A DNA stretch of 62,000 nt, counting the filler, from Choristocarpus tenellus KU-1152 (Eukaryota; Protista; Phaeophyceae): assembly GCA_964200185.2 (NCBI GenBank). It is 11 parts of 11 records of this genome, joined end to end, with 100 filler letters (N's around TTAATTAATTAA, not from the genome) between each part and the next. Parts side by side here need not be neighbours in the genome. Positions count along the whole stretch, not along the records: positions 1 to 15,415 come from CAXNAD020001003.1; positions 15,516 to 18,140 come from CAXNAD020026175.1; positions 18,241 to 23,780 come from CAXNAD020010471.1; 8 more parts are not named here. One strand, written 5' to 3'. Position 1 is the first letter of the stretch, and each line of letters begins with the position of its first letter. A program made the translations under genes and the position numbers. This document shows positions 11,301 through 23,190 of this stretch, one piece after another. The notes below the pieces were generated by a model. It did not search any database and was not told the DNA's origin. It worked only from the letters and a program-made list of their open reading frames with translations.

Positions 11301-14300
11301 CCCCCACTGTCCACTGTACTCTAATCCTCCACCCCTCCACCCACTACAATGTGTGTCACAAGTAGTATATAGTAGTAAGTAAGCGACTGGTGCTATGAGC
11401 TTTGCATGCACTATGCATTGAGGGTAGGTGCATGGCAGCGTTTGTCACTCATCTATCATTTAATGTAAAATTCCAAAGGTACCAGAAAATCGGGAATAAA
11501 GGCATACAGTAGGAGTTTCTTGGGCTATATGTTGTTGATCTGTATTCTGATTCTTGATCTGACAATCAGGAGGCAAATAACTACACTTAGGGTAAATTCG
11601 TAGTTACATCCAACAGCTCATTTTTATGGAAACATATAACAGCTGCAACATATCAGTGGGCAAAATATAATACATATGGAAACATACAGCTAACTTTAAA
11701 ACGAACATGAACCAAGAATGAACTATTTTCATTGCAAGTTTGTTATATATTGCTATGTATATTGTAAAACCATGAAAATGAAAAGAACTGTTTTATACTG
11801 TACCTGTCAGATATGGCAACCATTTTAACCTTGTGTAGGTACTCACCCCCTCAAACCAAATCAAAAATCAGAATACAAGTTGACCACATATAAGCACAAC
11901 AACTCTCCTACCATATGCCCGTATCTCCAATTTTCTGGGACCATTTTTTCGAACATTTCAAGAGACAGCCCATAAAATACATTACATAATTAATACACAT
12001 TATAAACATGTAGTGAATTGCTGTAGATGGATATTCATTTAATTCAACTCTCCTCAGCTCTATTCAAGAAAATTCTCCTAATCCGTTCTGTTGAGAAAGA
12101 TTCTCTTCGCTAGTCATTCCATCAACGAACATTCTTAGTGTATGTATGTATGTATGTATGTATGTATGTATGTATGTATGTATATATGTTAAGTATTATA
12201 TATGAACATTTGGACCACCGCCTATCACTATTCAATGATAGATATACAGTGTAGATTTCTAAGATAAAAAATACACAGCAATTTTGTATCTAAAAAGCCA
12301 TTGTTTCTGATAAATAGTATAATATAAACATTAAAACCTAACACTTTTGCTGACAAGGCTCGCCCAGAGGATTAAAAAGTTTCAGACAATGCCAGCCTAG
12401 GCAAGGTATCCTTTGATGGGGCCAGGGCAGGGACTTTTACCTGCCGATCCAGTGCAAAGTCCTGTATTTTACATCACTACAGATTTATGCACAGACTTCA
12501 ATCACTGCAAAAAACACGATAAACTTCACTCAGGAGGATACGAGCTATAGCTTAGAAGCAACCAGTCTAGCACATCTTGGGGGTGGAAAGTAAGAGCCAC
12601 TAGCTTTGCCAAATGACCAGGTTCTATACTTTGAGATTAAGACCCTCAAACAAATAACCCACTACTAACCAAAAGAACAGACCGCACCTGTCGCCTGGTA
12701 CTAGAGGATGAGGTAGTCGAATTAGGTGGGGATTCCGAAAACAGGAAGGATTCCAGATTCTCCGTCTGCTGCCTAGATTGGCCGTGCATTCCTCCTGCAA
12801 CCCCCACCCCTCCCGGCTCCACACCACCCCCTCCTCCTGCACCTCGTTCAGAGCTGCCAGGTGGAGTTGAGCTCTTGAGCTTGATAGGCAACAGTCAGGT
12901 AGAGGAGAGTAGGTGAGCTGTGGCAAAGCAATCTGTTCCAAGTCTGTCTAGCAAGCTGGAAAGACGAGGTCAGGCTTTCAGAAAAAGCACAACACTGGCT
13001 CAAAATATATTCACCTCTGAGCTCAGGGCATCATGTGTAAAGATGAGTCTATTGCTGCACTTCACATCACACCCGTAATTAATCTCTTGTGAGTCCAAAA
13101 ATGAGATGATCCTGGTGCAGCAAAATCAAAACTCACAACTAATAGCCAGTTACATGTCCCCTAACAGAAGAAATCCTCTCCAGCGTGCTTCTCAACTCTG
13201 AACCATTAACTGGATCCCAGACAATTGCTGTAACTCTATTTCTTACACAAGACATGTTCTAAAGTAAAACTATTGGCATCCCAAAATCTGTGATGAGGAC
13301 CATTTATCCAAGGCACAACAAAGTTCCTAAATTAACGCCAATACTTGTCCCTTAGGTGTATGACTTTGTCAACCAGGGCAAAATCCACATCAGACCACTT
13401 GCAAATTCCAGATCACATTTCATTTTGCTCTCCCCTCCCCAGCATTGCAGACTGTTTCAAAGGAGTCCATTGAATTTCTCATAGAATTGATCACACACTG
13501 ACTGTTAGCACTTTGATTATAACATCTGACCCTACCATAACACTTCAACACTACAGGAAAAATGTCACCAACAGGCACTGTTGAATGTAGGGAAAAGTCA
13601 GCTGGAGCAGACTACATTTACCTGCACTCCATCATGGCGAGGGGTGTGGTGTACACCATGATGGTGCATGGCTGGGGAGGCACTTCTTGCCCGCCCTTGC
13701 CCCTGACTGTGCTTGGTACTATCTTCGTGTTCTGTTGCAGTCTGGACAAATTCCTAAAAAGGTGGAATAACAAGCGAGTGGTGACAGGGTGGAATAAGAT
13801 ATTCCTAGAGAAACATCCAAAGTTACAAAGATCATATAGTGGTTGGAAGCAAAAGCACTTTTAATATAATGTATATGCATGTGCACAGGTTAAAGATTTC
13901 ATAGGGGTGGAGGGGAGATGTTAGTCAATTCAAACCTTCGTCTGGATGTGAGGCAGTGGACCCCTTCCTCCAGGCCTAGATTTGACTTGGCCCACACCCT
14001 TCCGACGAAGCCTCGACGGACGGGAACGTGGTAGGTTGTCTAGTCGCAAGGCTTTGGCACAAACGATATCGTCATAGCGGGGCAGAACCGCTGTTGGGTC
14101 GCTCAGGTCCTGACGTGAAGCATGAGGTGGGAGAAATTTCGTCTGTCAGCAAAAGATGGGGGTTAATGCAAGTCTCGATGGAGCTTCCACATAGCCTGAA
14201 GTCATTCCAAGTGCCAGTGCCTTGTATTGCATATATATATATATATATATCATGCACAGAATTGGACATGGGTAAATTTGTCGGGGGTTCCAAAAACGAG

Positions 14301-15117
14301 GAGAGTATTTCGGGGATTGCCGCCGAGTCATTTTCCTCATTTACACAGACAATGAACCAGGCAAACCAGGTTACGACATGGACTCACCACCCAACTGTAG
14401 CCTGAGATCCTATCCGGTGCCCGAAAGCGGAAGTGATACCTTCCATTGGTTCTCAGGGGGAAGCTGTTTAGAAACTGCCCGTAACGTACCTCGCTCTTGG
14501 CATCCTTGACCTGTTCGTGTACAGACATTTCGTACAGGGAGTGTATATTGCATAGGTAAGACCAATATATACGTTTCTGGTTATACAAGGGAGGGCGTGG
14601 TATGCACAATGGCTACAAACCAGGCTTTAAAAAACAGCGAAAGTACTTCCAAATGGTCTCTCTCTAACATAAACCATGATCACACTAAAGGTTGAGTGCG
14701 ATGACTAGGTTCAGTGAGTTTCTCCAGATGTCCGAAAACGATGATTATGACAATGTACTATCAAAGCAATCCTAGAGCCACCTTTTTCTTCGAAGGTAGA
14801 GGGTCACAGTCAAGCTTACATATATCATTAAGACACTTCATCAGTCTATGCGGACAAACTCGACATTGAAGCAGCAGATGGAGGGGACGCTCCGACCAGT
14901 TGGTTCGAATGAAGATTGACTATCCCTAGCAACGCTAGGGTCTACTGGGAAAGTTTCATCTCTATTGATAGGGCGATTTTTGGAGTCCGTCGCAAGGACT
15001 ATCCTAATCAGAAGGTCCTGTGGAGGTACTAACATTGAACGCATTGGGGTGGTCCACGGACTCGCCACCCTCGCCTTGCACGAAGTAAAATACCCACACG
15101 CCACCAGAGCCCGCCAT
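8366..15117 (-). CDS. Auxilin-like protein: N-terminal DIX-like domain, low-complexity linker, C-terminal J-domain, about 508 aa (exons 15117-15034, 14510-14388, 14109-13936, 13753-13622, 12879-12688, 10855-10385, 9790-9653, 9321-9259, 8515-8366)
   Basis: C-terminus WSEDHGKKRNIRTLLSTMHT/VLWEGCRWKQTSMGDLIQPSK/VKMAYRKAMLVVHPDK...AKRVFEAVNEAY is the auxilin-type J-domain with HPD. N-terminus WVFYFVQGEGGESVDHPNAFN/...VRYGQFLNSFPLRTNGRYHFRFR...YSWV/DLSDPTAVLPRYDDIVCAKALRL resembles DIX. GT-AG boundaries. Middle exons are less certain. Confidence 0.85.
11478..11942. mobile_element. MITE-like element (about 465 bp) with about 80-bp imperfect terminal inverted repeats, inside an auxilin-gene intron
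   Basis: 11478-11558 (GGTACCAGAAAATCGGGAATAAAGGCATACAGTAGGAG...TGTATTCTGATTCTTGAT) aligns with the reverse complement of about 11860-11942 (ATCAAAAATCAGAATACA...CTCCTACCATATGCCCGTATCTCCAATTTTCTGGGACC). Confidence 0.7.
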
Positions 15118-15354
15118 GCTACACAAAACTGTCAACAGTGGCTATTCTATTACTGTTCCCAAGGGTGTTTAGTGAAAAGCCATCGATGAGACCTTGTCTT
15201 CTTGGGGAGAGTGGGATTGACAATTGAAGGTGTGCCGACCATTGACGTTTTCGGGTGGCACTGGTTTGAAACTAATATTTGTACAACATCAGTCATCATT
15301 TTATTATTGCTGTTGTTGTTGTTGTTGTTGTTGTTATTATTATTATTATTATTA

Positions 15355-15415
15355 TGGAAAGCATGTTTGTCTGTTATTATACCGTTATTGCCGTATGTCA
15401 TATACCGTTATACCG
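15355..15415 (-). repeat. Short dispersed repeat family D (other copies 18241-18296 and about 38113-38178)
   Basis: Reverse complement of GTATATGACATACGGCAATAACGGTATAATAACAGACAAACATGCTTTCCA seen at 18241; diverged copy near 38113. Confidence 0.75.
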
Positions 15416-15515
15416 NNNNNNNNNNNNNNNNNNNNNNNNNNNNNNNNNNNNNNNNNNNNTTAATTAATTAANNNNNNNNNNNNNNNNNNNNNNNNNNNNN
15501 NNNNNNNNNNNNNNN
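15416..15515. other. Artificial contig spacer N44-TTAATTAATTAA-N44. Identical spacers at 18141-18240, 23781-23880, 26468-26567, 29686-29785, 33884-33983, 37277-37376, 44336-44435, 48381-48480, 55263-55362
   Basis: Ten identical 100-nt blocks with a palindromic six-frame-stop core. Confidence 0.98.
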
Positions 15516-17141
15516 CCCCCCAGATACTTTGACCCATTCTGGCACTACTGGCGATCACCAGTACAAACTTCATTGACTCGCTTCCCATATTTATAGTTCT
15601 AGGACCTCCACATTAAATGTTCGGCCTTGATTTACAAAAACAAAAACAGGCAACAGAATGTCGTATTTCTTGTCACACATATGCTCTGCGCCGGCTCTAT
15701 TACACTCCTGTTACTCCAGGAAAGGTTGTTCTCCAGACCACCACCCGAGACTACACCGTTGTGCATCACTCGTCCTTGTTGGACCGGGTCCCTCATGATC
15801 ATGGGGTCAAAACCTCAGCCATCAACGTTGCCGTGACAAGTGTTCAAGCAATGGAAAAAAAGGATTATCAGAGGGACAAGGAAGTGTTCCAAGGTGCTCA
15901 AGGTGTGCACAAAATAGCCACTGCTCTCACCGTACTGGTGGCTGAATCCAGAGATTATTTGCAATGTGGGCTATTGCCGTGCGTGGCCGTGGTGACTTGG
16001 ATGGGATGACGATGTCCTGACTTGGTGTAACTTGTTGGGATATTCGTTCGTTCTTCTCTAATGATGTATTGTGATCTATTAGAGCACCGGTGGAAAATTG
16101 ATCTCCATCTGACATAGAGTAAATAGAGCAAGTGGGCCATTGCCGTTCTTTGTTCCCTTTGTGCTGAAGGAGTGCTTAGCATCACGTCACTCTAGCTGTA
16201 CTTGCTAGCCACGCAGCTTTTGTGGTTGGGGAATCTGTACAAGTCCCCTCTTGTCTCCGACCCCTGCACAGGCCCCTTCTCTCTAGCGCAATCAATCCAC
16301 AGAGTTTTGTCAGGTGCCTTGGAGGGGTGTGAAGCAACCCGTCTTCCTGGTGCCCTCCTGCGTGCTCAGTCAGGCTAGCCAGGATATGATGAGGGCCGGT
16401 GTGACTGGGAAAACGTATCTATCTACCTCAAACTCAAGTTTGGTGACACCGTGCAACTACAGTTCAGTGTCCTACCTCTGCCTCCTCCAGGCCCTCCTAG
16501 AAGTTTGTGTGGAAGTATTGCGCATCCCCAATCTGTACGTGCACAAGTCCATGCTTTGTTTTTGGCTCGTGACGAGGGGAGTGGTGTGGCATGCAGTCAC
16601 CCAAAGTGCTCTGTTTCGTATTATGTATACCTAGCCACTCGGTTGGACACTCCAGGTTCCATCTTCACCGGCAGGCACATCAGTGGTACACTTGTCTTGC
16701 TTAACACATCTGCTTTCATCCCTTTCCCTGCTTTGTCCAAAACCCACCAAGACGCTACTCGGGGAGCTGGCAGAGATGGTGCCGCTGACTCATAAGAGTG
16801 GCCCTCAAGAGAGGGGCATTCATTGGAGCCATCCAAGATAAAAATCCTTGCAGTCCTTCAACGACTGCAGCGGCACGGGGAGAAGTCTCTAGGCCTCGAT
16901 TTTGGTTTTGGAATGGCACGGATGCTCAAGGCGAAGTGTGCACACATCGCCCAACATTCTGTACATTGTAATGCACCGTACACAAACCGATAGTACGTTT
17001 TAAAGGTGTGGGTATGCCCTGCATCCTGTGGATGTGTACTATTTATAGGCTTGGTGTTGTTCTCGTGGGGACAAGAAAACTGCTAGTTTGTTCCATTGAG
17101 TGCGCGTGTGTGTTGAACAGATCGTTGGAGAATCGTGCGGT

Positions 17142-17400
17142 GAGTGAAAGTAACTTAGAGGGCACGAATTTTATCCTGTTTATCTATTTGGACCTTGACT
17201 TCCCATGTTGTTGTTTTTATGACATTTTCCTACTCCAAAATGTTTAGGAGTAGGTAAAATGTATGCTATGAAAAGGTGTGTCTGGAACAAGGAGATTGAC
17301 ACTTCCTAACAAACACGATAGCCAAAGTTACATCAAAATCGCAACATTGGATTTTGTCCACCAAATGGACGCGGCCCTAAACTCTAAGATACTTTGGGTC
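17142..17400 (-). mobile_element. MITE family A copy (about 260 bp, TIR GAG..AAAGTATCTTAGAGGGTA)
   Basis: High similarity to copies at 34261, 36124, 40400, 41235 and 42311; terminal inverted repeats. Confidence 0.85.
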
Positions 17401-17962
17401 AGTATCACCACCATACCATGAGCAAAGCAAACAAACTTCGTGGTCACACACGCGGTTAGACAACAAACAAAGAATACTTTGCCTCCGTGAAATAATGCCC
17501 CACTGCTCTTCACAGTGTTGACAACGTGGAGTCTTGTGTCACAAGGCTCGGAAAGCTCAAGAAACTCCTTCAGCTGATGTAAAAGAGAGAAGTGCAATTG
17601 GTGAGCCCCACCAACCGCAATTGCTAGAATGAGATAATATGTGGGTATTCACCGAATGATTCCATAACCAATGGAGGGACGGAGGTTGCAAAGCCATCCC
17701 TTCGTTAGCCAATGGCCACTTACCATGAAGCCGTGTCATCAGGAGGTAATATGGGGATGTGTTTTTCCCAGAGTCTGTACTCAAGCTACACTTAAAGTCT
17801 GGGAGCACCTCTCGTCCTATTTCTCTGGGAGTGGCGTAGCTTGTAACTCACAAGTCGGTTATACTCTGAGCGTTGCTTGGAACCAGCTTGAAGTGGGAAA
17901 ACCCCTCCATTTACATCTCGGCTTAGCAAATGCACCACACTAACCTGACTCGGTGCAAATAT

Positions 17963-18140
17963 GAACCAAAGTATCTTAGAGGGTAGAGCCACGTCCATTT
18001 GGGGGTCAAAATCCAATGTTGCGATTTAGATGTAATTTTTGCTATCGTGTTTGTTAGGAAGTGTCAATATCCTTATTGCGGATACACCTTTTCATAACAT
18101 ACACATTTTACCTACTTCGAAATATTTTGGAGTAGGAAAA
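17963..18140 (+). mobile_element. MITE family A copy, truncated by contig end
   Basis: CCAAAGTATCTTAGAGGGTAGAGCCACGTCCATTTGGGGGTCAAAATCCAATGTTGCG... matches the family consensus. Confidence 0.85.
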
Positions 18141-18351
18141 NNNNNNNNNNNNNNNNNNNNNNNNNNNNNNNNNNNNNNNNNNNNTTAATTAATTAANNNN
18201 NNNNNNNNNNNNNNNNNNNNNNNNNNNNNNNNNNNNNNNNGTATATGACATACGGCAATAACGGTATAATAACAGACAAACATGCTTTCCACATCAGCGT
18301 AAAATTCAATGAAGTATGGAAACTTTTTCATGGGTGAGAGTTGATATCAAC

Positions 18352-20264
18352 TTAAGGTTTTGGGTTGGAATTAGGTGTATCCTGACAATGTTGTTGCCGA
18401 TATGCAGAAATCATTTCTGCACATTGTGGCAAATCATGTGGACGATAGAATACATCAGAAGCACGGTAAAAACCTTTAAGACGTAATATATGTTCTATGT
18501 TCGCAGGTGAACGAGGTCCACGGCCAAACTTGTGTCCCACAATAGCTTCAATAATGTAAGTACCAATGGTTACTGGGGATTCTAAATCATCCAGATCCGG
18601 TAAGGGCAAAGTTCGGCCAAGAAAAAATTCACTGAGTTTCAAAAAAATCAGGTTCAGGTGGTTGTGTGTTTGGAATGTAAGGTTTCAAGTGGGCTAATAA
18701 GTGAACAGAAATATCTTTGATGTCACCCTGTTTACGGACATAGTAAACTACAGGGGAAACCTTAGCGGTCACAGTGAAAGGTCCACGCCAAGGATGAATC
18801 AATTATGGATTAGGTCCGTCACGGTCAGTATGTGGACGATGCACAAAAACTTGAGCTCCAACTTGAAACACTGGGAAAGCAAGAGTTTCTTTTTTAGCAA
18901 TTTACTTAGCATTCCGTTCTCCCAAATTGCGACGAGCTAATTCAAACGCTAACTGTAAATTCTCAGCTGTTGGTTGAATAAACTCTTGACTGGATTGTGC
19001 AACTGTTGTTTTAGATAGACCAAAAATGACTCTATCGGTATTATTGGCGGGCGTCCAAAAAGTAGAAAGAAAGGTGTTTCTTGTAATGTGGTTTTGTATG
19101 CCGTATTGTGAGCCAATTGAAGGAATGGAACAACAGTCGCCCAATTATTCTCTGCTATACACTGTACATGGATAGCATTTGATGCAGAGTAGAATGAACA
19201 CGCTCTGAGACAGAATTACCCAGTGGTCTGTATGGTGTGGTTCAAGTTTTTATGGTACCCAAACACTGTCTGCAATCCCAGAACAAGTTTATTTTCAAAT
19301 TCCGAACCTTGGTCAGAGTGAAGGATTTCGGTTGCCCCAAATATTGAAATATCCTTTCAAACAAAGCTTTGGCAATGGTCACTTCTTGTTTGTCTGGAAT
19401 GGGAATGAGAAATCAAAGCGTGTCAACTGACAAATAGCCGAAAGAACATAACGGCAACCACAGGAATGGTTTTATATTATACAAGATCAACAGCAATCCG
19501 TTCAAATGGTCGAGTGGCAGGAATTTGTCCTTGAGGTAAGGTAGGATGTCTGTGATATGTTTTTCGTCTTTGGCAAAGTTGACATATCTCGCACCATTCT
19601 CTAACATCTTTTTGAAACATAGGCCACCAATATCGGTCTCGTACCTTATCAAGAGTATGAGAAAGACCAAAATGACCTCCCGAAGTGGGATGGTCATGGC
19701 AAGCATGGAAGACCAAAGATTGCAATTCTTTTGGAACCACTAATTGACCACGAAAAGCACGGTGTTTGCGTATATGCCCTGGAAAATATGATCGACAAAG
19801 CAAGTTAGTGTCAGCATCAACATAAAAATATGACATGCTATACCTCGATTCACGGGGAGGTAAAGACATTGAATCAGGGGCTTGTAAATACGCAAAGTGA
19901 AGAGAAAATTGGTTCATTTGTGCTTTACGAATTTTGATGTGGTCTAGAGTTGGAAAGATGTTCACTGAACTACTAAAAGTTCACGGTCACTCTGAGTTAT
20001 ATCTAATTCATGAAGGCGGTCTGGATATATTTCGTATGCTTGGCGTGGGGTTACCGCACTTGACATTGTTTTTTCCAGAATATTCCTGCAAATAGGAGCA
20101 AGTACTTTAGGCATACGATCAATCTCAATATCAAAAAGGCGAGAAAGGGCATCAGGTACAACATTGTCTCTGCAAGGTTCATGATGGACTGTAAAGTCAA
20201 AACATTGAAAAGCAAGAGCCCAACGTGTCAACATAATATCTGTGTCTTCCCAACGTGTCAACAT
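18352..20264 (-). mobile_element. Degenerate Ty3/Gypsy LTR-retrotransposon pol fragment: RNase H end, integrase (Zn-binding, core, GPY/F) and chromodomain
   Basis: LTRWALAFQCFDFTVHH...NVVPDALSRL; CHDHPTSGGHFG...VRDRYWWP...CQLCQRRK...PATRPFERIAVDLV; HSDQGSEFEN-like core near 19290-19320; PWRGPFTV near 18780; YIIEAIVGHK chromodomain. Multiple stops and frameshifts; no LTR recognised. Confidence 0.9.
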
Positions 20265-21134
20265 ACCATACCGCTATGTACATTACTACTCTGTATTGTA
20301 CCAAACTAAAGATAATCGTACGTGAAACTATGCTATATGCTTGTATCAGCACACACAACGAAAGTATAACAATTGTTATTCGACAGTCGGCACAAGAAGT
20401 GACACTGGACTAGTTGTTGAGAATCAGAAATGCCCGAGGGATGCTTGTGTACGAAGTACTGTCGAAACAACCAATCCAGGATAGCTTCATATGCCTCATA
20501 CTCACTGGCGGAATCTAGCTCCATCTTAACAATTACTGCGTAACAAATTCTCGAAGAGAATTGTGACAAAACCACATTGAATTCAGGTAGAGTGACATGT
20601 TGTCTCCCATCTTCATCAGCCTTGAAGAGCTTGGTAGCTATAAGGTCATTTGCATAATTGGCGAATAACACACAGGGGACCGGTTGGAAAGATCTGGAAT
20701 ACTTTTCTCATCAGAAGAAGCACAAGGCAGTAGTGGTAGAATTACTCTGGTATATTGTTATTTTCACTACAATGCATATACAGACGATAAACAATGCCCG
20801 GGCAACACAGTAGTTGACTATTTCAAAATGACCAGGCCACAGGCCAACCCGGAACAAATATATATTAACAGGACCAATCTATGGCCGTCAACTACTTCAA
20901 TATGCCTGGGCCACGGATCATGGCTCCATAGCCAAGCCATGATAACTGCGCAGACTGATGAAAAGTCCTGCATTTTTTGTTTAGTTCAAATCAGGGGGAA
21001 AAAACGAAATACTCCTTCCACTAATAATAATCCCTCGCAAGTGTAATATCCACAGACAGTCAACTGTATCTCAAGGACTGATTTCTGTTGTTCGCCATGC
21101 AATAAATATGGTTGGTAACGTGTGTGATGGTTTT

Positions 21135-21306
21135 GGCTCAAAGTATCTGGTGGGGGTGGCAGCTGTCCATTTGGGGCCCATTTTTCCATGTCCCATTTTT
21201 TGGGTGATTTGGTTGCGTGTGTCAGATGGAAAATATAGGTGCACTTTTCCTGGTCAAGGTACAAATGGACACCCTGGTGTAGACCCCCCCCCCCCCCCCA
21301 GTTACT
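21135..21306 (+). mobile_element. MITE family B copy (about 175 bp, TIR GG(C/G)TCAAAGTATCTGGGG). Other full or partial copies: 15516-15535, 23881-24028, about 24740-24919, 26326-26467, 29786-29850, 33984-34066, 40945-41123, 44291-44335, 48481-48532, about 56205-56620, about 61962-62000
   Basis: Recurring core CAGCTGTCCATTTGGGG...TTTTTGGGTGATTTGGTTGCATACGTCGGATGGAT...GCACTTTTCCTG...CAAATGGACACCCTGGTGTAGACCCCCCC...AGATACTTTG. Confidence 0.85.
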
Positions 21307-21428
21307 CCATTTTCTAACTCCTAGTGATCCAGAACAAAACAATTGAGTGTTGATGTGACATATTGGTAAAGAACAGCGTCTCATCATATGCAATAGATAA
21401 TACAATATGGACAACAGTAAGTAAATCT

Positions 21429-23190
21429 TTAGAAGAAGCCGCTATCATCAGAATAATCACTTGCACTATTGCTGCCATTGCCCCTATTGCTGACAACGTC
21501 AAACAGGCTGTCTCCACGGACCTGACACAGTTCTGACCCATCAAGGCTAAATCTGGTTATGCCGTCAACGAGATCACGACGTTGTTCAACCATGCAGGAG
21601 CTTATGTCAGCCGATGCTTGATGAACCAAATTTCCATCTCGAACAATAAGTGGGAGTTTAAGTTCACCACTACCATTGTCCACCGTCCCCTCACCAATCT
21701 CTGGATCTCTCACATCCCCTGCTTCCCATTCCGTCTTCACCCCCAGATTCCCCTTTACCCTCCCTTCCATATCTTCCGCGACCTCTTTTATTCCCATGTT
21801 CACCTCAACATCCTCTTGAGCCTTGTGGGCAGAAGACATAATTGATGACATCTCTACAGGTGATCTGATGCCATCATTGTCAGGAGTACCTGCAAGCTTA
21901 TGTTGGGAGGAGAATATTCTGGAGTCGTTCTTGTCAGTGCCTCTCTCATTATACTCATTGTGAACCTTAGATGAGTTCAGTGTAGGTGATGATGATGGTG
22001 CATTATCCATGCTGCATTCTCCCACTTTCCCAGGAAGGGGACATTCATCCTGTTCCGCTCCATTCTTGTTGATACTTCTTCTACAGTCACCATCATTTCC
22101 TGTGACTGTCATAGTCTGGTCTGTGCTTGGCTGTTGTGAGATGTATGTTTCACCCTTTCCTATACATGCATTCTTTGCTATAACCCGATCCACAACCATA
22201 CTGCAATCATATCTGGCACTGCTGGTTATTATTTCCTGGTCTGATCTCAATATAGTGGGCATGGGTATGACAACCTCGTCCACAGCTGCCGGATTCGGAT
22301 CAAGTAACAGTAGCCCTGCTGGTTCAGACTCCGACACTCCCAGCAGGTTGCCCTCCATCTCGAAATTTACTAGGCTGACGTCTGAACCTCCTGCGTCAGA
22401 CATTCCTGATCTATCTGGTGTCCTAGGGTTTGGCCCTGTGCAAAATAGGACAATAGTGAGGTGTACCTTATTTTGTGTATGAGAGATTATCATTTTGATT
22501 GAGTCCATGTGATGTAACTAATGAGAACGTACATCAGGATTATGAATGGGAATATGTATGGGTTTTATTTTGCATTAAACTAGTTTGACGTAACCGTTGA
22601 CTTAGGTAGGAAGCACAAATAATAATAAAACAAGCAATGAGAAGACACCCCACAAAGATCACTCTTCTAGTTTCAACCATGTAATGACGTTCAGCACTGG
22701 GGAACCATGTGAGGCTTCACACCTTCTTGTCCTCACTACTGATAAAATAGCATTACCTCCCAAGGTAATTTGCACAGACTCTACATGGGTCAGGGCTGAT
22801 GTGCTGTCCCTCTCTCCTCCTTCCAAGGTGTCACGATCTTTCTGACCAGATTCCTGTGACGTACCCTCTAGCTCTGACCTCTGTTCTTGATTTTGTACCC
22901 TGATACTTCCTAGCCTTTCTCTTTTTAGAGCCGACCCTGACCACCCACTTCGTGCCATCTCAGTCTCAGAGGGGTGACACGGGGTTGCTTGCTCACCTGC
23001 AGACCCTGGGGTCAAGGCCTGAGATATCACACCCCCTATCGATTGCTCTTTTTCGCGTACAATTGAATCCTCACCCTGCCCTTGTCTTTCCCCTGGTGAA
23101 AGAGGATTGCTTCGTCCAGTACCAGTGGGAATGTCACTAGCTGACTGTGTTTCCACCTGTTTCCCCTTCACTCTAGGGCCTGTGTTTTCT
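21429..23190 (-). CDS. Probable exons of an uncharacterised, low-complexity (S/D/E/G-rich) protein
   Basis: Two long same-strand open frames (22659-23171 and 21429-22508) with protein-like composition, separated by an AT-rich intron-like gap. No recognisable domain; boundaries approximate. Confidence 0.5.

Noticed and set aside
15460-15471. Recurring palindrome TTAATTAATTAA as a biological repeat, CRISPR-like array or recombination site
   Set aside because: It is always centred in exactly 44+44 Ns and encodes stops in all frames, so it is an assembly linker. ORFs ending in X...LIN are artefacts.
15617-16860. Several overlapping 60-130 aa ORFs as a gene
   Set aside because: I could not build a consistent spliced frame or recognise a domain; left unannotated.
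22009-22482. 157-aa plus-strand ORF, and similar shadow ORFs at 5188-5472 and 10578-10883
   Set aside because: Antisense shadows of better-supported coding exons on the opposite strand.
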